DNA of 64,000 nucleotides from Deltaproteobacteria bacterium (GTDB lineage Bacteria; Myxococcota; XYA12-FULL-58-9; JABJBS01): NCBI GenBank assembly GCA_018668695.1, contig JABJBS010000322.1, positions 5,718 to 69,717 of the forward strand, read 5' to 3'. Shown piece by piece: positions 36,779 to 46,882 of this stretch (position 1 is its first letter; each line of letters starts with the position of its first letter). The notes under the pieces were generated by a model. It saw only the letters and a program-made list of their open reading frames with translations, ran no database searches and was not told where the DNA came from. The position numbers and the translations under genes were made by a program.

Positions 36779-39760
36779 ATGTCAGCAAGAGTGAACAAAT
36801 CGGAGTCCGGCCTTACGCCATGGAACTATTCAGCGGGTGAGTTGGCAAGTCATGATGATTGCCGCGGAGCTGCCCCCACCGGAACCGTGACCCTGGTTTT
36901 TACTGACATCGAAGGATCCTCCGCTCTATGGGAACGGTACGGCGAAGACTTCGCACCGGTTCTCAATATGCATCAAGAAATATTTCGTCGCGGCATCGCG
37001 AAATTTAGTGGCTATGAAGTGAAGACTGAGGGGGACGCCTTTATGGTTGCGTTCTCTCAACCCGCCAAAGCTGCGGAGTTTTGCATGGATATTCAAAACA
37101 AACTCGACCGCGCGCCCTGGCCCCATCGCCTCATCGGCGACACCGTCTATCAGGACCTTTCCCACTGCAGCTCTCCCATCCGTGGCCTTCGCGTTCGAAT
37201 GGGAATTCACACCGGCCCCGTAAGCAGCCACCGAGATCCTACAACGGGACGAATGGATTATTTCGGACCATCGGTGAATCGAGCGGCTCGGGTTTCAGAT
37301 GCGGCGCACGGAGGTCAAATTTTACTCTCACGAGCAACGTGGGGTCTGGTCAAACACGAACTGACCGGTATTGAATACCAGAGCTTCGGTGAATTCCAGC
37401 TCAAAGGCATGCGTGAACGCGAGGAATTGATTCAACTCAACCTCCAAACTCATGCACCGCGCGCCTTCCCAGGGGCACGCACAACCCAAAGTAAACAAAC
37501 CAATCTAGCGACACGACTTAATGACTTTGTAGGCCGCGGCCAGGAGCAAGAGACCGTCATCGACTCCCTCCAGAACACGGATGGGTTCGTAACTCTTCTC
37601 GGAGCTGGAGGTATTGGAAAGACGAGGCTCTCGCAGGAAATCGGTCGTCAAACACTTGGTCTTTGGACCGGTGGAGTCTGGTTTGTAGACCTCTCAAAGG
37701 CTCAGAGTTCAGAAGAGATGTATCAGCAACTTGGCGAGACTTTTGGAGCAAGACCAGGCAGCGACAAGAGTGACCATACGATTTGCAAACTCCTCAAAGC
37801 CAAGGGTGATTGCTTGGTCATTTTGGATAACGTGGAGCAACTCGTAGAGACTTTAGCCACGGCGCTCAAAAACTGGATGCACCAAACCCCCAACACTCGT
37901 TTTCTTATAACCAGCCGGGAGCGTCTGAAGATCGAAGGCGAAAATGTATTCTTCCTCAAGCCACTTACCAAAGAAGATGCCATTGAGCTCTTTGAACGCC
38001 GGGCAAAAAAATGTCGACCTGACTTTAAGATAACGCCAGCGAATCGTGCCGACGTTGAAGAAATCGTGGAAAAGCTCGACCGTGTATCCTTGGCAATTGA
38101 ACTTGCAGCAGCAAGAATCCGCGTTCTTTCACCGGCTCGAATCGCCTCACGGCTCAATGAACGATTTGAGTTTTTGCAAAACCCTCAGCAAGAAACCCCC
38201 GAACGCCAAGCAACACTTGGCGGTGTCATTGACTGGTCTTGGAAGCTCTTGGAGCCCTGGGAAAAAATGGCCTTGGCCCAGTGCAGCGTATTCACGGGCA
38301 GTTTTACCTTAGATGCTGCCGAAGCCGTTGTAGACGTTGAGGCGTGGGGCAAAGCTCCTTGGTTCCTAGATATCTTTCAAGCTTTACAAGATAAATGTCT
38401 CATCTTTATGGAGAAATCTCCAAATGGTGAAAACCGGTTCTTCATGTTTGAATCCGTAAGACTTTTTGTCATGAATAAACTATCTGAGCCAAATTCAATT
38501 CAAGACGAAGAGGGTATTTCTCAAACCGATGAGCAAACCTTCAACAGTGTCGCCGAGCGATTTGTAAATCATTACGCACAGTTTGGGAGCCGGCAATCTC
38601 TTGACCAGCTCAGCCAACCAGAGGCTGAGTTGAAACTCCAAAGGCTAGCCGAAGAGATAGGGAATCTCATGACAGCGATGAATCGCGCTTTGGTTTGCGG
38701 CAACAATAAAATGGCATGCCAAGCCTTCTTTGCCGCGGTGACGGTATTAAAAACAAAGGGTCAGGCCGAACAAATCATCGAGCTCGCACAACTGATTTTA
38801 AGGCAGTCTAACTTAAACCCTATCAATCGCTTACGGGTTCAGATTATTCGAGCTGGCGCCCTTCGCATTACAGGACAAATTCACCGCGCTAACATTGCCA
38901 CCAATTGGACCCTTGGCTCGGCCGAGAAGTGCAACGACAAACGGTGGCACGCTGAGGCACTGCTGGAAGCAGCTCAACTTCGTATTGAAGAGGGGCGACT
39001 CCAATGTGCCGAGGATTGCTTAGAGCTTGCCGAAAAAACTTTCGTCAAACTTAACCTGCCTCTTCGCACCGCCCGGTCGCTAACACTTTTAGGGAAAGCA
39101 CTCATTCAACGCGGAGAGTACGAACTCGCATCCGTAACGCTTGAGCGTTCACTCCATGTGAGCCGCGAGCACGCAGACCGGTTATCTGAAGCTTCAACGC
39201 TTTTGCAACTTGGGATCCTTCATTTACGCCAAGGGCGTTACGTTCAAACAAGGCCACTCCTAGACGAGGCGCAGGACATTTTTGAACTGGCAGGTCATCT
39301 ACCGGGCAAGATGACCTGCCTATTTTCACGCGGAGAACTTTATTATGAAGAGCGCCGGATCGATTTGGCCCTAGCCGCACTTGAAGAAGCATTAGAAATT
39401 TCAAAGACACTTCAGTCACCTCAGTGGGAGGCCAGCATCTTGGGCTTAATGGGCGCAACATCGCTTTTGCTCAAAGACCTCTCCAGTGCGCGCGCCAAAA
39501 TTGAACGCGCAACGACCATTCTCGAGGATCTAAATACACCTCACCGGTTCACTTTCGTTTTAGCCTACCGGGGCGAGCTGGACCGGCTAACCGGCGAGTG
39601 CTCAAAGGCATGGGACAGCCTTGACCAAGCTGCCATTCAAAGCGGGGTACTGGGAACCATTCCAGCTACGTCGGTCTCACAAGCGGTTCATCGTCTGCAT
39701 GGTGCACTTTCCGGACAAGGTGACAACGACCCAACCGTTGAGGTTTCCGCAATTTTCTAA
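36779..39760 (+). CDS. Class III adenylate/guanylate cyclase fused to NB-ARC/STAND NTPase and TPR repeats
   Basis: N-terminal CHD (LVFTDIEGS...EVKTEGDAFMVAF...MGIHTGP), Walker A GAGGIGKTRL, and about 350 aa of TPR-like helical repeats. SD GGGGAGAGAG. Confidence 0.8.
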   Translation: MSARVNKSESGLTPWNYSAGELASHDDCRGAAPTGTVTLVFTDIEGSSALWERYGEDFAPVLNMHQEIFRRGIAKFSGYEVKTEGDAFMVAFSQPAKAAEFCMDIQNKLDRAPWPHRLIGDTVYQDLSHCSSPIRGLRVRMGIHTGPVSSHRDPTTGRMDYFGPSVNRAARVSDAAHGGQILLSRATWGLVKHELTGIEYQSFGEFQLKGMREREELIQLNLQTHAPRAFPGARTTQSKQTNLATRLNDFVGRGQEQETVIDSLQNTDGFVTLLGAGGIGKTRLSQEIGRQTLGLWTGGVWFVDLSKAQSSEEMYQQLGETFGARPGSDKSDHTICKLLKAKGDCLVILDNVEQLVETLATALKNWMHQTPNTRFLITSRERLKIEGENVFFLKPLTKEDAIELFERRAKKCRPDFKITPANRADVEEIVEKLDRVSLAIELAAARIRVLSPARIASRLNERFEFLQNPQQETPERQATLGGVIDWSWKLLEPWEKMALAQCSVFTGSFTLDAAEAVVDVEAWGKAPWFLDIFQALQDKCLIFMEKSPNGENRFFMFESVRLFVMNKLSEPNSIQDEEGISQTDEQTFNSVAERFVNHYAQFGSRQSLDQLSQPEAELKLQRLAEEIGNLMTAMNRALVCGNNKMACQAFFAAVTVLKTKGQAEQIIELAQLILRQSNLNPINRLRVQIIRAGALRITGQIHRANIATNWTLGSAEKCNDKRWHAEALLEAAQLRIEEGRLQCAEDCLELAEKTFVKLNLPLRTARSLTLLGKALIQRGEYELASVTLERSLHVSREHADRLSEASTLLQLGILHLRQGRYVQTRPLLDEAQDIFELAGHLPGKMTCLFSRGELYYEERRIDLALAALEEALEISKTLQSPQWEASILGLMGATSLLLKDLSSARAKIERATTILEDLNTPHRFTFVLAYRGELDRLTGECSKAWDSLDQAAIQSGVLGTIPATSVSQAVHRLHGALSGQGDNDPTVEVSAIF

Positions 39761-39866
39761 ACCAACGCCTCCATTTGAATTCATACAAGGGTACTTGCCG
39801 GATGTTTACGGCGTTGATAGGCAAAGTCGCCTACCATCGCTGCTTAATATCGGGGAGCCTCCATTT

Positions 39867-41015
39867 ATGACACGCATGCTTACGCAGACCATCCTTCTAT
39901 GTTTTGTATTGAGTTTTTCGGCTTGTTCGTCGGGACCTTCGCTTCCTGAATACACACCAGATGACTTGGGCCCAAATCAAGTGGGCTACCTAACGTTCGA
40001 AGCGGTCGATGCCAGTCGTAATGACAGAAGCCTTGTGATCGATGTTTGGTATCCAGCCGACCCTGCTTCCACGACTGGCGCATCCGCCGCCACTTATCCT
40101 CTTTCTGCAATTTTTGGCATGGAGTCGGATGTGGCCCTTGACCAAGTAGCAGTGCGGCAGGACTCTCTTGCACTTCTGATATTCTCGCATGGTTATGGGG
40201 GCATCAATCGGCAGTCGATTGCTTTAATGGAAGCCTTGGCAAGTCACGGCTTTATTGTTGCAGCGCCCGAGCACACAGGAAATGCACAAAACTCGTTCAC
40301 CGATACATTCGATGCAGCGGCAAGCAACCGGGTACCTGACTTAAGTTTTGTGATCGACACCATGCTTAACCGCAGCGCAGACGCCGATGACATTTTCTAC
40401 AATCGAATCGATCCCGAATTGCTTGGCGCTCTAGGCCACTCTTTTGGTGGCATGACCGTAATCGGCTCTGCTACTGGCTGGGCTGGCGCTGAAGCCGACC
40501 CCCGTGTGAAGGCTATCGTACCGATGTCAGCTGTAATCGATAGAGAGATCCAAGAGGATGAGCGCGAAAGCGAAAATGGCGGGTTCTCGGCTGAGCAACT
40601 CGGCAATATCACCATACCCACCATGCTTGTCGGAGGCACAGAGGATATCTCGGTGCCTATAGAAAATAACGACATTGCCTTTTCACAAATCACGCAAGCC
40701 CCCGCTCTCTATAAAGTTGCTATTAGCGGAGCAAACCACACACATTTTACCAATGTATGCGACATTGGTGATTTCTTGATTGATACGGGCTTCGCCAAGG
40801 AGAACTGGGAAAACATGGGCGCCGGAGACTTAATCGACCCCTACAATGCTACTTGCACCGAAGAGGTATTTCCCATGGCGGAGTTCAATCGTTTACTGAA
40901 CATTTTTGTTGTTTCATTTTTTAAATTGGAGCTTATGGGTGACGAAGCCTTCCAATCGTATCTCGGGGCCGAGTTTGCGTCTGGCGAGCCTGCGGTTGAG
41001 CTGAATATGAAGTAG
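39867..41015 (+). CDS. Secreted alpha/beta-hydrolase lipoprotein, PAF-acetylhydrolase/dienelactone-hydrolase-like
   Basis: Lipobox VLSFSAC. LIFSHGYGG oxyanion region. GHSFGG nucleophile elbow. Confidence 0.6.
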   Translation: MTRMLTQTILLCFVLSFSACSSGPSLPEYTPDDLGPNQVGYLTFEAVDASRNDRSLVIDVWYPADPASTTGASAATYPLSAIFGMESDVALDQVAVRQDSLALLIFSHGYGGINRQSIALMEALASHGFIVAAPEHTGNAQNSFTDTFDAAASNRVPDLSFVIDTMLNRSADADDIFYNRIDPELLGALGHSFGGMTVIGSATGWAGAEADPRVKAIVPMSAVIDREIQEDERESENGGFSAEQLGNITIPTMLVGGTEDISVPIENNDIAFSQITQAPALYKVAISGANHTHFTNVCDIGDFLIDTGFAKENWENMGAGDLIDPYNATCTEEVFPMAEFNRLLNIFVVSFFKLELMGDEAFQSYLGAEFASGEPAVELNMK

Positions 41016-41118
41016 CCGACAATCCTGTTTGTATTGTCAACGCTTTCAGCAGTCTCTTTATCCGCGAAAGCCTTGTATCAAGCATGAGATGTGCTTTGTT
41101 AATATTATTAGAGTTTAA

Positions 41119-41436
41119 ACACAGTCCGAATCCAGCCCCGAGACAGAGACCCCCAACGTCTGGGGTCTCTACGCTATGAATGGGAACGTGGCGGAGTGGG
41201 TTTGGGATTGGTACAACTCGTTTCTCATAAACAACAACGGTGATGTCGTCAACGGCTGCAACCAAATAGCTCGATCGTCCAAGATTGAAGGGCCCCTACG
41301 AGGAGATGACCGAGTCAAAAGAGGCGGCGATGAAAACTCTTTCGTTCGCGATGCCCGCTCGGCCAGCCGCTCTCCCCACTCTCCGGATGGAAAATACAAT
41401 GCGTTGGGCTTTCGAGTGGTTCGCACTCTTCCTTAA
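41119..41436 (+). pseudogene. Truncated remnant (C-terminal ~100 aa) of an FGE-sulfatase/SUMF1-family gene
   Basis: Frame opens right after a stop codon (TAA 41116-41118), with no upstream continuation. Encodes VWGLYAMNGNVAEWVWDWY...RVKRGG...RSASR...GFRVVR, the conserved C-terminal FGE-domain motifs. The roughly 200-aa N-terminal part of the domain is absent. Confidence 0.6.
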
Positions 41437-41455
41437 GCCACGAAATCCAATGGTG

Positions 41456-43015
41456 CTATTGCGCGCCGGACACCAAACGTAACCCTGAGGCCGTCAAACT
41501 GCGGCACAAATCCATTCCGCCATCTAGAGCGCTGCGACGTGAAATAAACGTGTGGGTAGCAACCTGTTCATCTGTATTGGCCTGGCAGGACCAAATCGCT
41601 GCATCAAGGTCTGCACCCGATCCGGCATCCGTCCAAATCATACTGCGCTCACCTGCAACCAAGTAATCGTCGTGAATGCATCGCGTAGCATTCGTATTGG
41701 GTATTTGTGTGTATCCCGTGAAAGCATAAACTCCTAAACAGGTATAACCTGCCGGCGCGATGCCGTGCCACAAAGAGATTCCCTTACCTGAATCCTCACT
41801 ATCACTCCCGCTGCCCTCATCACTCCATAAGAGTTCGTAACCGATAGGCTCTACCAATGCTAAGGCGCTCTCTTTGATCACCGGAACGCTAAAAGAAGGC
41901 GCGTCACGGCTTCCAGACACCGCTACATCGCCCAAGGCATGGTAACCATCGGGCACAACTGGGCGCCAAAGGCTTAAGTCCTCGTTCGCCCCGCTTCCGG
42001 TATCATCGTAGAGACGGGTGTAATCCTGAATCAACTGATAGTCTATCAGTTCATTTTGAGACTGCGGCAAGACGTAACCTTGAAAGGCATCTAGTACTGG
42101 GCGACCCACCCACGCATCCGGGGTGTCTAAGCCCAACAAAGCTGCGGCCGTGGCTGGGATATCAAAAATGCGCGGCGTCCTGGTGATGAGCCCTGGCTTG
42201 ACCCCGGGGCCCATGACGATAAACGGGATACAGCGCTCATCGTAAGTGTCTCCACCGTGACCTAAAAACATACCGCCATGATCTGCGGAAATGAGAACCG
42301 CGGTTTTATCCTGAATTCCAGCATCCTCAATGGCCGTAAGAATCTCCGAAACCAATGCATCTGCGTCTTCTACTGCCTCGACGTAAGGACAGCCCCCAGG
42401 AATCAAGCAATCGTCGTTGTTCTTCACCCACCCGGTAGCATGGCCGGCATGGTCAACGTGGTCTAAATGGATAAAGGTCAAGGTGGGCTTCGTGTTTTTT
42501 ATGAAGTCGATAGCCGCCGCAGCAGTTTCATTTTCATCGCCGGGATCTTCTTTGATATCGGCAACATTGTCTTCAACGAGCCGCCCAAAGTCGCCCCAGT
42601 CATGAAACACACCAATCGTTGAGTCCGGGCGTTGATCTCTAAGAATTTTTACAATGGTATCCTCTGGAGCTGACTCGCCCACCGACCAACCATTCGAATA
42701 GACGCCATGACCATCGGTGCCTTGCCCATTAACCATGCTCATCCAATTGGTACTGCTTGAGGTCGGTAAGACATTTTGCATCGTTAACGAATAGGCAGCC
42801 TCCAGCATCAATTTATCCAAAGTGGGTGTTGTTGGCCCTTCAAAGAAGAGTCCGCCCATACCATCGATGCCGATGATCACCACGTGTTCAACAACCGGTA
42901 ACTCAAAGGCTGTGGGAGTGTCTACCGTCTGATCGACGCCAGCATCGTCAGCGCTCTTGCAAGCGGCCAAAAGAGCCATAGCTAAGCACAACACAATAGA
43001 CATAACTTGATTCAT
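41456..43015 (-). CDS. Alkaline-phosphatase-superfamily (type I phosphodiesterase/nucleotide pyrophosphatase-like) lipoprotein
   Basis: Lipobox LLAAC. IIGIDGMG near the N-terminus and HLDHVDHAGH metal-binding motifs. Extra C-terminal domain. Confidence 0.65.
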   Translation of the reverse strand: MNQVMSIVLCLAMALLAACKSADDAGVDQTVDTPTAFELPVVEHVVIIGIDGMGGLFFEGPTTPTLDKLMLEAAYSLTMQNVLPTSSSTNWMSMVNGQGTDGHGVYSNGWSVGESAPEDTIVKILRDQRPDSTIGVFHDWGDFGRLVEDNVADIKEDPGDENETAAAAIDFIKNTKPTLTFIHLDHVDHAGHATGWVKNNDDCLIPGGCPYVEAVEDADALVSEILTAIEDAGIQDKTAVLISADHGGMFLGHGGDTYDERCIPFIVMGPGVKPGLITRTPRIFDIPATAAALLGLDTPDAWVGRPVLDAFQGYVLPQSQNELIDYQLIQDYTRLYDDTGSGANEDLSLWRPVVPDGYHALGDVAVSGSRDAPSFSVPVIKESALALVEPIGYELLWSDEGSGSDSEDSGKGISLWHGIAPAGYTCLGVYAFTGYTQIPNTNATRCIHDDYLVAGERSMIWTDAGSGADLDAAIWSCQANTDEQVATHTFISRRSALDGGMDLCRSLTASGLRLVSGAQ

Positions 43016-43243
43016 TCAATATCTCCCCAGCTCGTAAATTTATCTATTCAACATCTAATTTGAGAGAGCACCCATCGATTGGGTTGCCTTCAAAATGGGA
43101 ATACACAACATGAGCCGCATACTGAACCGCGGCGTGGTCCCTGAGGTCATCGTTCGTAACAGATCCTCAGTGGATAAACATCACAAAGCAGTCAGACAAG
43201 CCAGGGTGCTTGGAGGATTCGCCGGGGGATTTGCAGAGAGAGA

Positions 43244-43990
43244 TTAAGGACAGACGTTGGACGTCTCTCTTTTTTCAACGTTGACCTTAAACATGGGCCA
43301 GTTACAAACATCGGAGCCAAATCGCTCCCCATTGTTGCCCCATCCTGCACCGGTATAGCCGTGAGTTGGTTGCGAACGGTCATAGTTGGTCCAATTCCCG
43401 CTACAGGGCCGGTTGAACTCAGAATAACCAAGCGTTGGGTAAGAAGAAGTTGGCCAGTGTACGGCAACGCTGAATGATGGCGAAGTCATACCGGTCTCCG
43501 GAATAATCGACGAAAAATCAAATGACCACCAAGCCTGATACTGCACCTGCTCCGTGGGAAAGAGACCGCTGAGTTCGTCCACGGGTCCGCTAGGCGGTGC
43601 AGGTAAAACAACCCGCTCCCATTCAAGAGCATTCTTATCGAGCACTTGTCGAACCGCCCATGGCGTCGCCGCTGCAGGATCTGGAGCATCATAAACTTCA
43701 AGCTCAAGGTCCAGTTGGGCCGGCAAAGAGTTGAACTCTGATTCCGCCACCAAGACCAACACCTCCACCGAGCTGATTCTCCAGCTGCCTGTTTGGTCCA
43801 AAGCAGATGTGTCGAATTCCAGATTGATGGCATCTCGTAAACCGAGCCATCCCCAAGCATCTTCGAGGTTTGAAACCTGTTCAATATCGAAAGTATTTTC
43901 TTCAGAGACGCATAACTGCTGCAGGGTATCTTTGGCACAACCGGCAGTAAGAAGTGTGAGCAACACACAAGAAAGCGCAGAACGAGTCAT
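43244..43990 (-). CDS. Hypothetical lipoprotein
   Basis: Lipobox LLTAGC. No domain recognised. Confidence 0.5.
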   Translation of the reverse strand: MTRSALSCVLLTLLTAGCAKDTLQQLCVSEENTFDIEQVSNLEDAWGWLGLRDAINLEFDTSALDQTGSWRISSVEVLVLVAESEFNSLPAQLDLELEVYDAPDPAAATPWAVRQVLDKNALEWERVVLPAPPSGPVDELSGLFPTEQVQYQAWWSFDFSSIIPETGMTSPSFSVAVHWPTSSYPTLGYSEFNRPCSGNWTNYDRSQPTHGYTGAGWGNNGERFGSDVCNWPMFKVNVEKRETSNVCP

Positions 43991-44185
43991 TTTGAATTCT
44001 CCAAAACACAAGGTCATCTCTAAGTTGAACCTCCCAAAGCCAGCTCTCAAGCGTGGTCTCGGGGTAGAAGGACCTTGTCTATTTTTTTATTAGGGCAGGC
44101 GGGGTAAACCAGAAGCTTTGGAAGATGTATAGCGAAAAGCATCGACTCACGGGTAGGTACTCGTTTGCTCCAGGAGGCCCGGCCT

Positions 44186-45868
44186 TCAGTCAATGGGAAA
44201 GCGGGCGCATACTCGCTTAGGTACAGCAAAGGCATTGGCATAATTGCTGGCTGGGTAATCACGCACCAACACCGGTTCGCTAAAATACCCATCGCCGGTA
44301 CCGAAGAGGATCACAGTCTTCGACGGCGCCGACCATGCCAAGAGATAATTGTACCCCACAATGACATCTTGTTTACCGTCGAAATCGAAATCGAAGTTCT
44401 GGGCAGAACCGCCTACTCCCGCATGCTCTCCGCCTGATTCCTCGGCCGGATTAATATCAAATGCCTCGCGGCACATTTCCAGGTCTACTCCGTAAATAGA
44501 ATTGAGCTGGGTGCCTGGGTAAAACCAAGCGCTCCCGGCATCTCCATCATCGTCTAGACCCGTGATAATATCGCCGACCCCATCGAGATCGAAATCTCCA
44601 AATAGAATGGCATTCGCGGGCGAAGCGCCACAGGTTTGGCTATTGTGGGTAAAGAGAGGATCAGATGGCGGTTCAAAGGTACCATCGCCTCGCCCAAACA
44701 ATACCGTAATAGGTACATTCGCCGAGTTGCCGCCGCTGCTGATTCTCAAAATAGCAATATCGCGGTTACCATCGCCATTTACATCCACCGCATCTCTTGA
44801 TTGGCGATAGCTCCACTGCCCTTCCACCCAAGAAGTCACATCCAAAGCTTCACGAACCACGAAAGCACAGCCTTCGGGGTTTAGAGGCTCGTCGGTAGCA
44901 AAACACGTCGCCGTATCGATGTTTCTTTGGTTGCTGTAAAAATGCTGAACAATGGACTCGATGAAATTTGGCCTGCTTACTTCTAAGCCTATCAAGTCGA
45001 CAACCTCGTCATTATCCAAGTCTGCAATGGTGCTAAAAGGGACACGTTGCGTTTGCCCAACAAGGCGCTGCTCTAGCTCATCTGATTTCGTTCTCCAAAA
45101 CCACCACACATCATACACCGTGATGTCGTCGTTTGGATTTGGATCTGCAAGGGCAATGAAATCCATTCGACCATTGTCATCAAAATCTGAAATTGCGAAT
45201 TGAACATAACGGTAGGTGTCGATTCCTGTGCCGCCATATTCAAGCCCCACCTGAACAGGCTCTTCAAAAGTGCCATCACGGTTAGAAAGCATCAGGTCGA
45301 TGGTGCCGGCATCATTGCGAAACAAGATAAACTCGCGCCAAGGGTCCCGTGGATAAGGATCATCAATATCGTTGATGCCATCCAAGTCGGTGTCGGCTTG
45401 GTAAGGGTTGGAAACGCCGCAATCTTCACCGTAGACAAGCTCTTCGCCGTCACTGATACCGTCGCCATCGCTGTCATCGTTTTCGTTACACTCTCCATCG
45501 TTATTGGAGTCGGTTGCACCGGCTGGGTCTTGGGGGCAATCATCCTCACCATCGCAAAAGCCATCATTGTCGCTGTCTACAGATTCTTCAGCGTTTTCTG
45601 GACAGGCATCATCGGTATCGCACACCCCATCTCCATCCGTGTCTGAATTGTTGGTGCTCTCCGGGCATGGGTCATCTTCATCCGATAGGCCGTCGCCATC
45701 GCTGTCTAGCTCGGGATCATCGGAGGGCGCACTCGCCTCTGTTACGTCCGAGGGGTCGGCCAGATCAGCGGGCGTACTTGGATCAGTTGCTTGGGCAGTA
45801 CCGGACTCACTGCATCCAGTACAAAGGGTAAACGCTAATACGACCAGCAGATAAAGAGAATGATGCAT
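44186..45868 (-). CDS. Lipoprotein with thrombospondin type-3-like Ca-binding repeats and FG-GAP/integrin-alpha-like beta-propeller repeats
   Basis: Lipobox TLCTGC. About 8 DxDxDGxxDxxDxC repeats. Multiple FG-GAP-like DxDxDGxxD repeats (FDFDGKQDVIVG, GDFDLDGVGDIITG, VNGDGNRDIAIL). Confidence 0.65.
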   Translation of the reverse strand: MHHSLYLLVVLAFTLCTGCSESGTAQATDPSTPADLADPSDVTEASAPSDDPELDSDGDGLSDEDDPCPESTNNSDTDGDGVCDTDDACPENAEESVDSDNDGFCDGEDDCPQDPAGATDSNNDGECNENDDSDGDGISDGEELVYGEDCGVSNPYQADTDLDGINDIDDPYPRDPWREFILFRNDAGTIDLMLSNRDGTFEEPVQVGLEYGGTGIDTYRYVQFAISDFDDNGRMDFIALADPNPNDDITVYDVWWFWRTKSDELEQRLVGQTQRVPFSTIADLDNDEVVDLIGLEVSRPNFIESIVQHFYSNQRNIDTATCFATDEPLNPEGCAFVVREALDVTSWVEGQWSYRQSRDAVDVNGDGNRDIAILRISSGGNSANVPITVLFGRGDGTFEPPSDPLFTHNSQTCGASPANAILFGDFDLDGVGDIITGLDDDGDAGSAWFYPGTQLNSIYGVDLEMCREAFDINPAEESGGEHAGVGGSAQNFDFDFDGKQDVIVGYNYLLAWSAPSKTVILFGTGDGYFSEPVLVRDYPASNYANAFAVPKRVCARFPID

Positions 45869-45991
45869 TCGAGATCTCCCCAAAATCCTCAGTTGGATTT
45901 ATTGGGTTCAATTCTTACATCGAACCCGGACGGGAGGCGAATCTAGAATCACGCACGACGGACTGCCGCAGCTTGAGCAGCGGAGTTCGTT

Positions 45992-46882
45992 TTATTGGCG
46001 GTGATGAAAATGACCGTAGCGATTTGGTAATCCATGAGCTCTTCTCAATCTGTTCTCTGTGAACCTCGATTCACCGGCAATGGTCTCGAACTCTTCTTGA
46101 TTATGGTAGGCATCTCTTCGGTGGTAACCTTTAGGTGTGAGCTGCCCCCGCTGTGCTCGGTAAACATGCACAAGTTCGTGTCCCAAGATGATAAATCGCG
46201 GCTGTGCGATTTCGTCGTCGGTGGATGGGTCCATGCCGCTGCGCATGCGCCCTGTGTCATAGTCAAACCCCGGGCTCCGATAAACCACAAAGGTGTCATC
46301 TTTAAGGTCGTTTGGAATATGCACCACCGAGCCGGACCCTTCGCCTTGTTTGCGAGGAGTTCGACGTGCTTTGCTTTCATTGAGTGGCTCTACCAGGCCG
46401 CCCTTGGTGCTCGTGGTGGGCCGAATCACAACGGGCTTAGTATGCTCAGCTATTTCACGCAGAAGTTGTCGGCCAAGCGGACTGCGAGATAATTTCAGCA
46501 AGTCGCCGCGAATAGCCTCCCGAAACCCGGGGCAACGTTTGAAAAACAGACCACAGAACCAAGGCTTCGTCGTTTCTTCCACGCTAAGCGATGTATCGCC
46601 GCTTAATATCGAGTCGATTAGAGCCAGTGCTGGTTTCACATCGGATGCATAAATCCACTCGCCTCGAATAGGTTGGGGTGCACCGTCGGCAATCACTTGC
46701 AATTGCTCGGTACCAAAGCCGTTGGTTGACCTATAATTGATACGACCTACGCGTTCAAAGCTGTCGTTGGCGGCCCTGAAAGAAGGTTCTGAAGCTTGGC
46801 TAGCAACCCCCGGCAGAGTTGACTGGGGAGCTACAGGTAAGGCTCTTGTTTCGGTGGCTACATGTGCACTGGCTAAACGCAT
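45992..46882 (-). CDS. Zincin-like metalloprotease-fold protein (HExxH plus downstream Glu), effector/toxin-like, no signal peptide
   Basis: ILGHELVHVYRAQRG followed by NQEEFETIAGE. Resembles the HELIHxxxxLYG...ENEF arrangement of M27/M91-type toxins and effectors. No Sec signal. Confidence 0.45.
   Translation of the reverse strand: MRLASAHVATETRALPVAPQSTLPGVASQASEPSFRAANDSFERVGRINYRSTNGFGTEQLQVIADGAPQPIRGEWIYASDVKPALALIDSILSGDTSLSVEETTKPWFCGLFFKRCPGFREAIRGDLLKLSRSPLGRQLLREIAEHTKPVVIRPTTSTKGGLVEPLNESKARRTPRKQGEGSGSVVHIPNDLKDDTFVVYRSPGFDYDTGRMRSGMDPSTDDEIAQPRFIILGHELVHVYRAQRGQLTPKGYHRRDAYHNQEEFETIAGESRFTENRLRRAHGLPNRYGHFHHRQ

Noticed and set aside
43249-43275. Hairpin AGACGT-TGG-ACGTCT followed by CTCTTTTTT that looks like a + strand terminator
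   Set aside because: It lies inside the last codons of the - strand lipoprotein gene (ending VEKRETSNVCP*). No + strand gene ends upstream of it.
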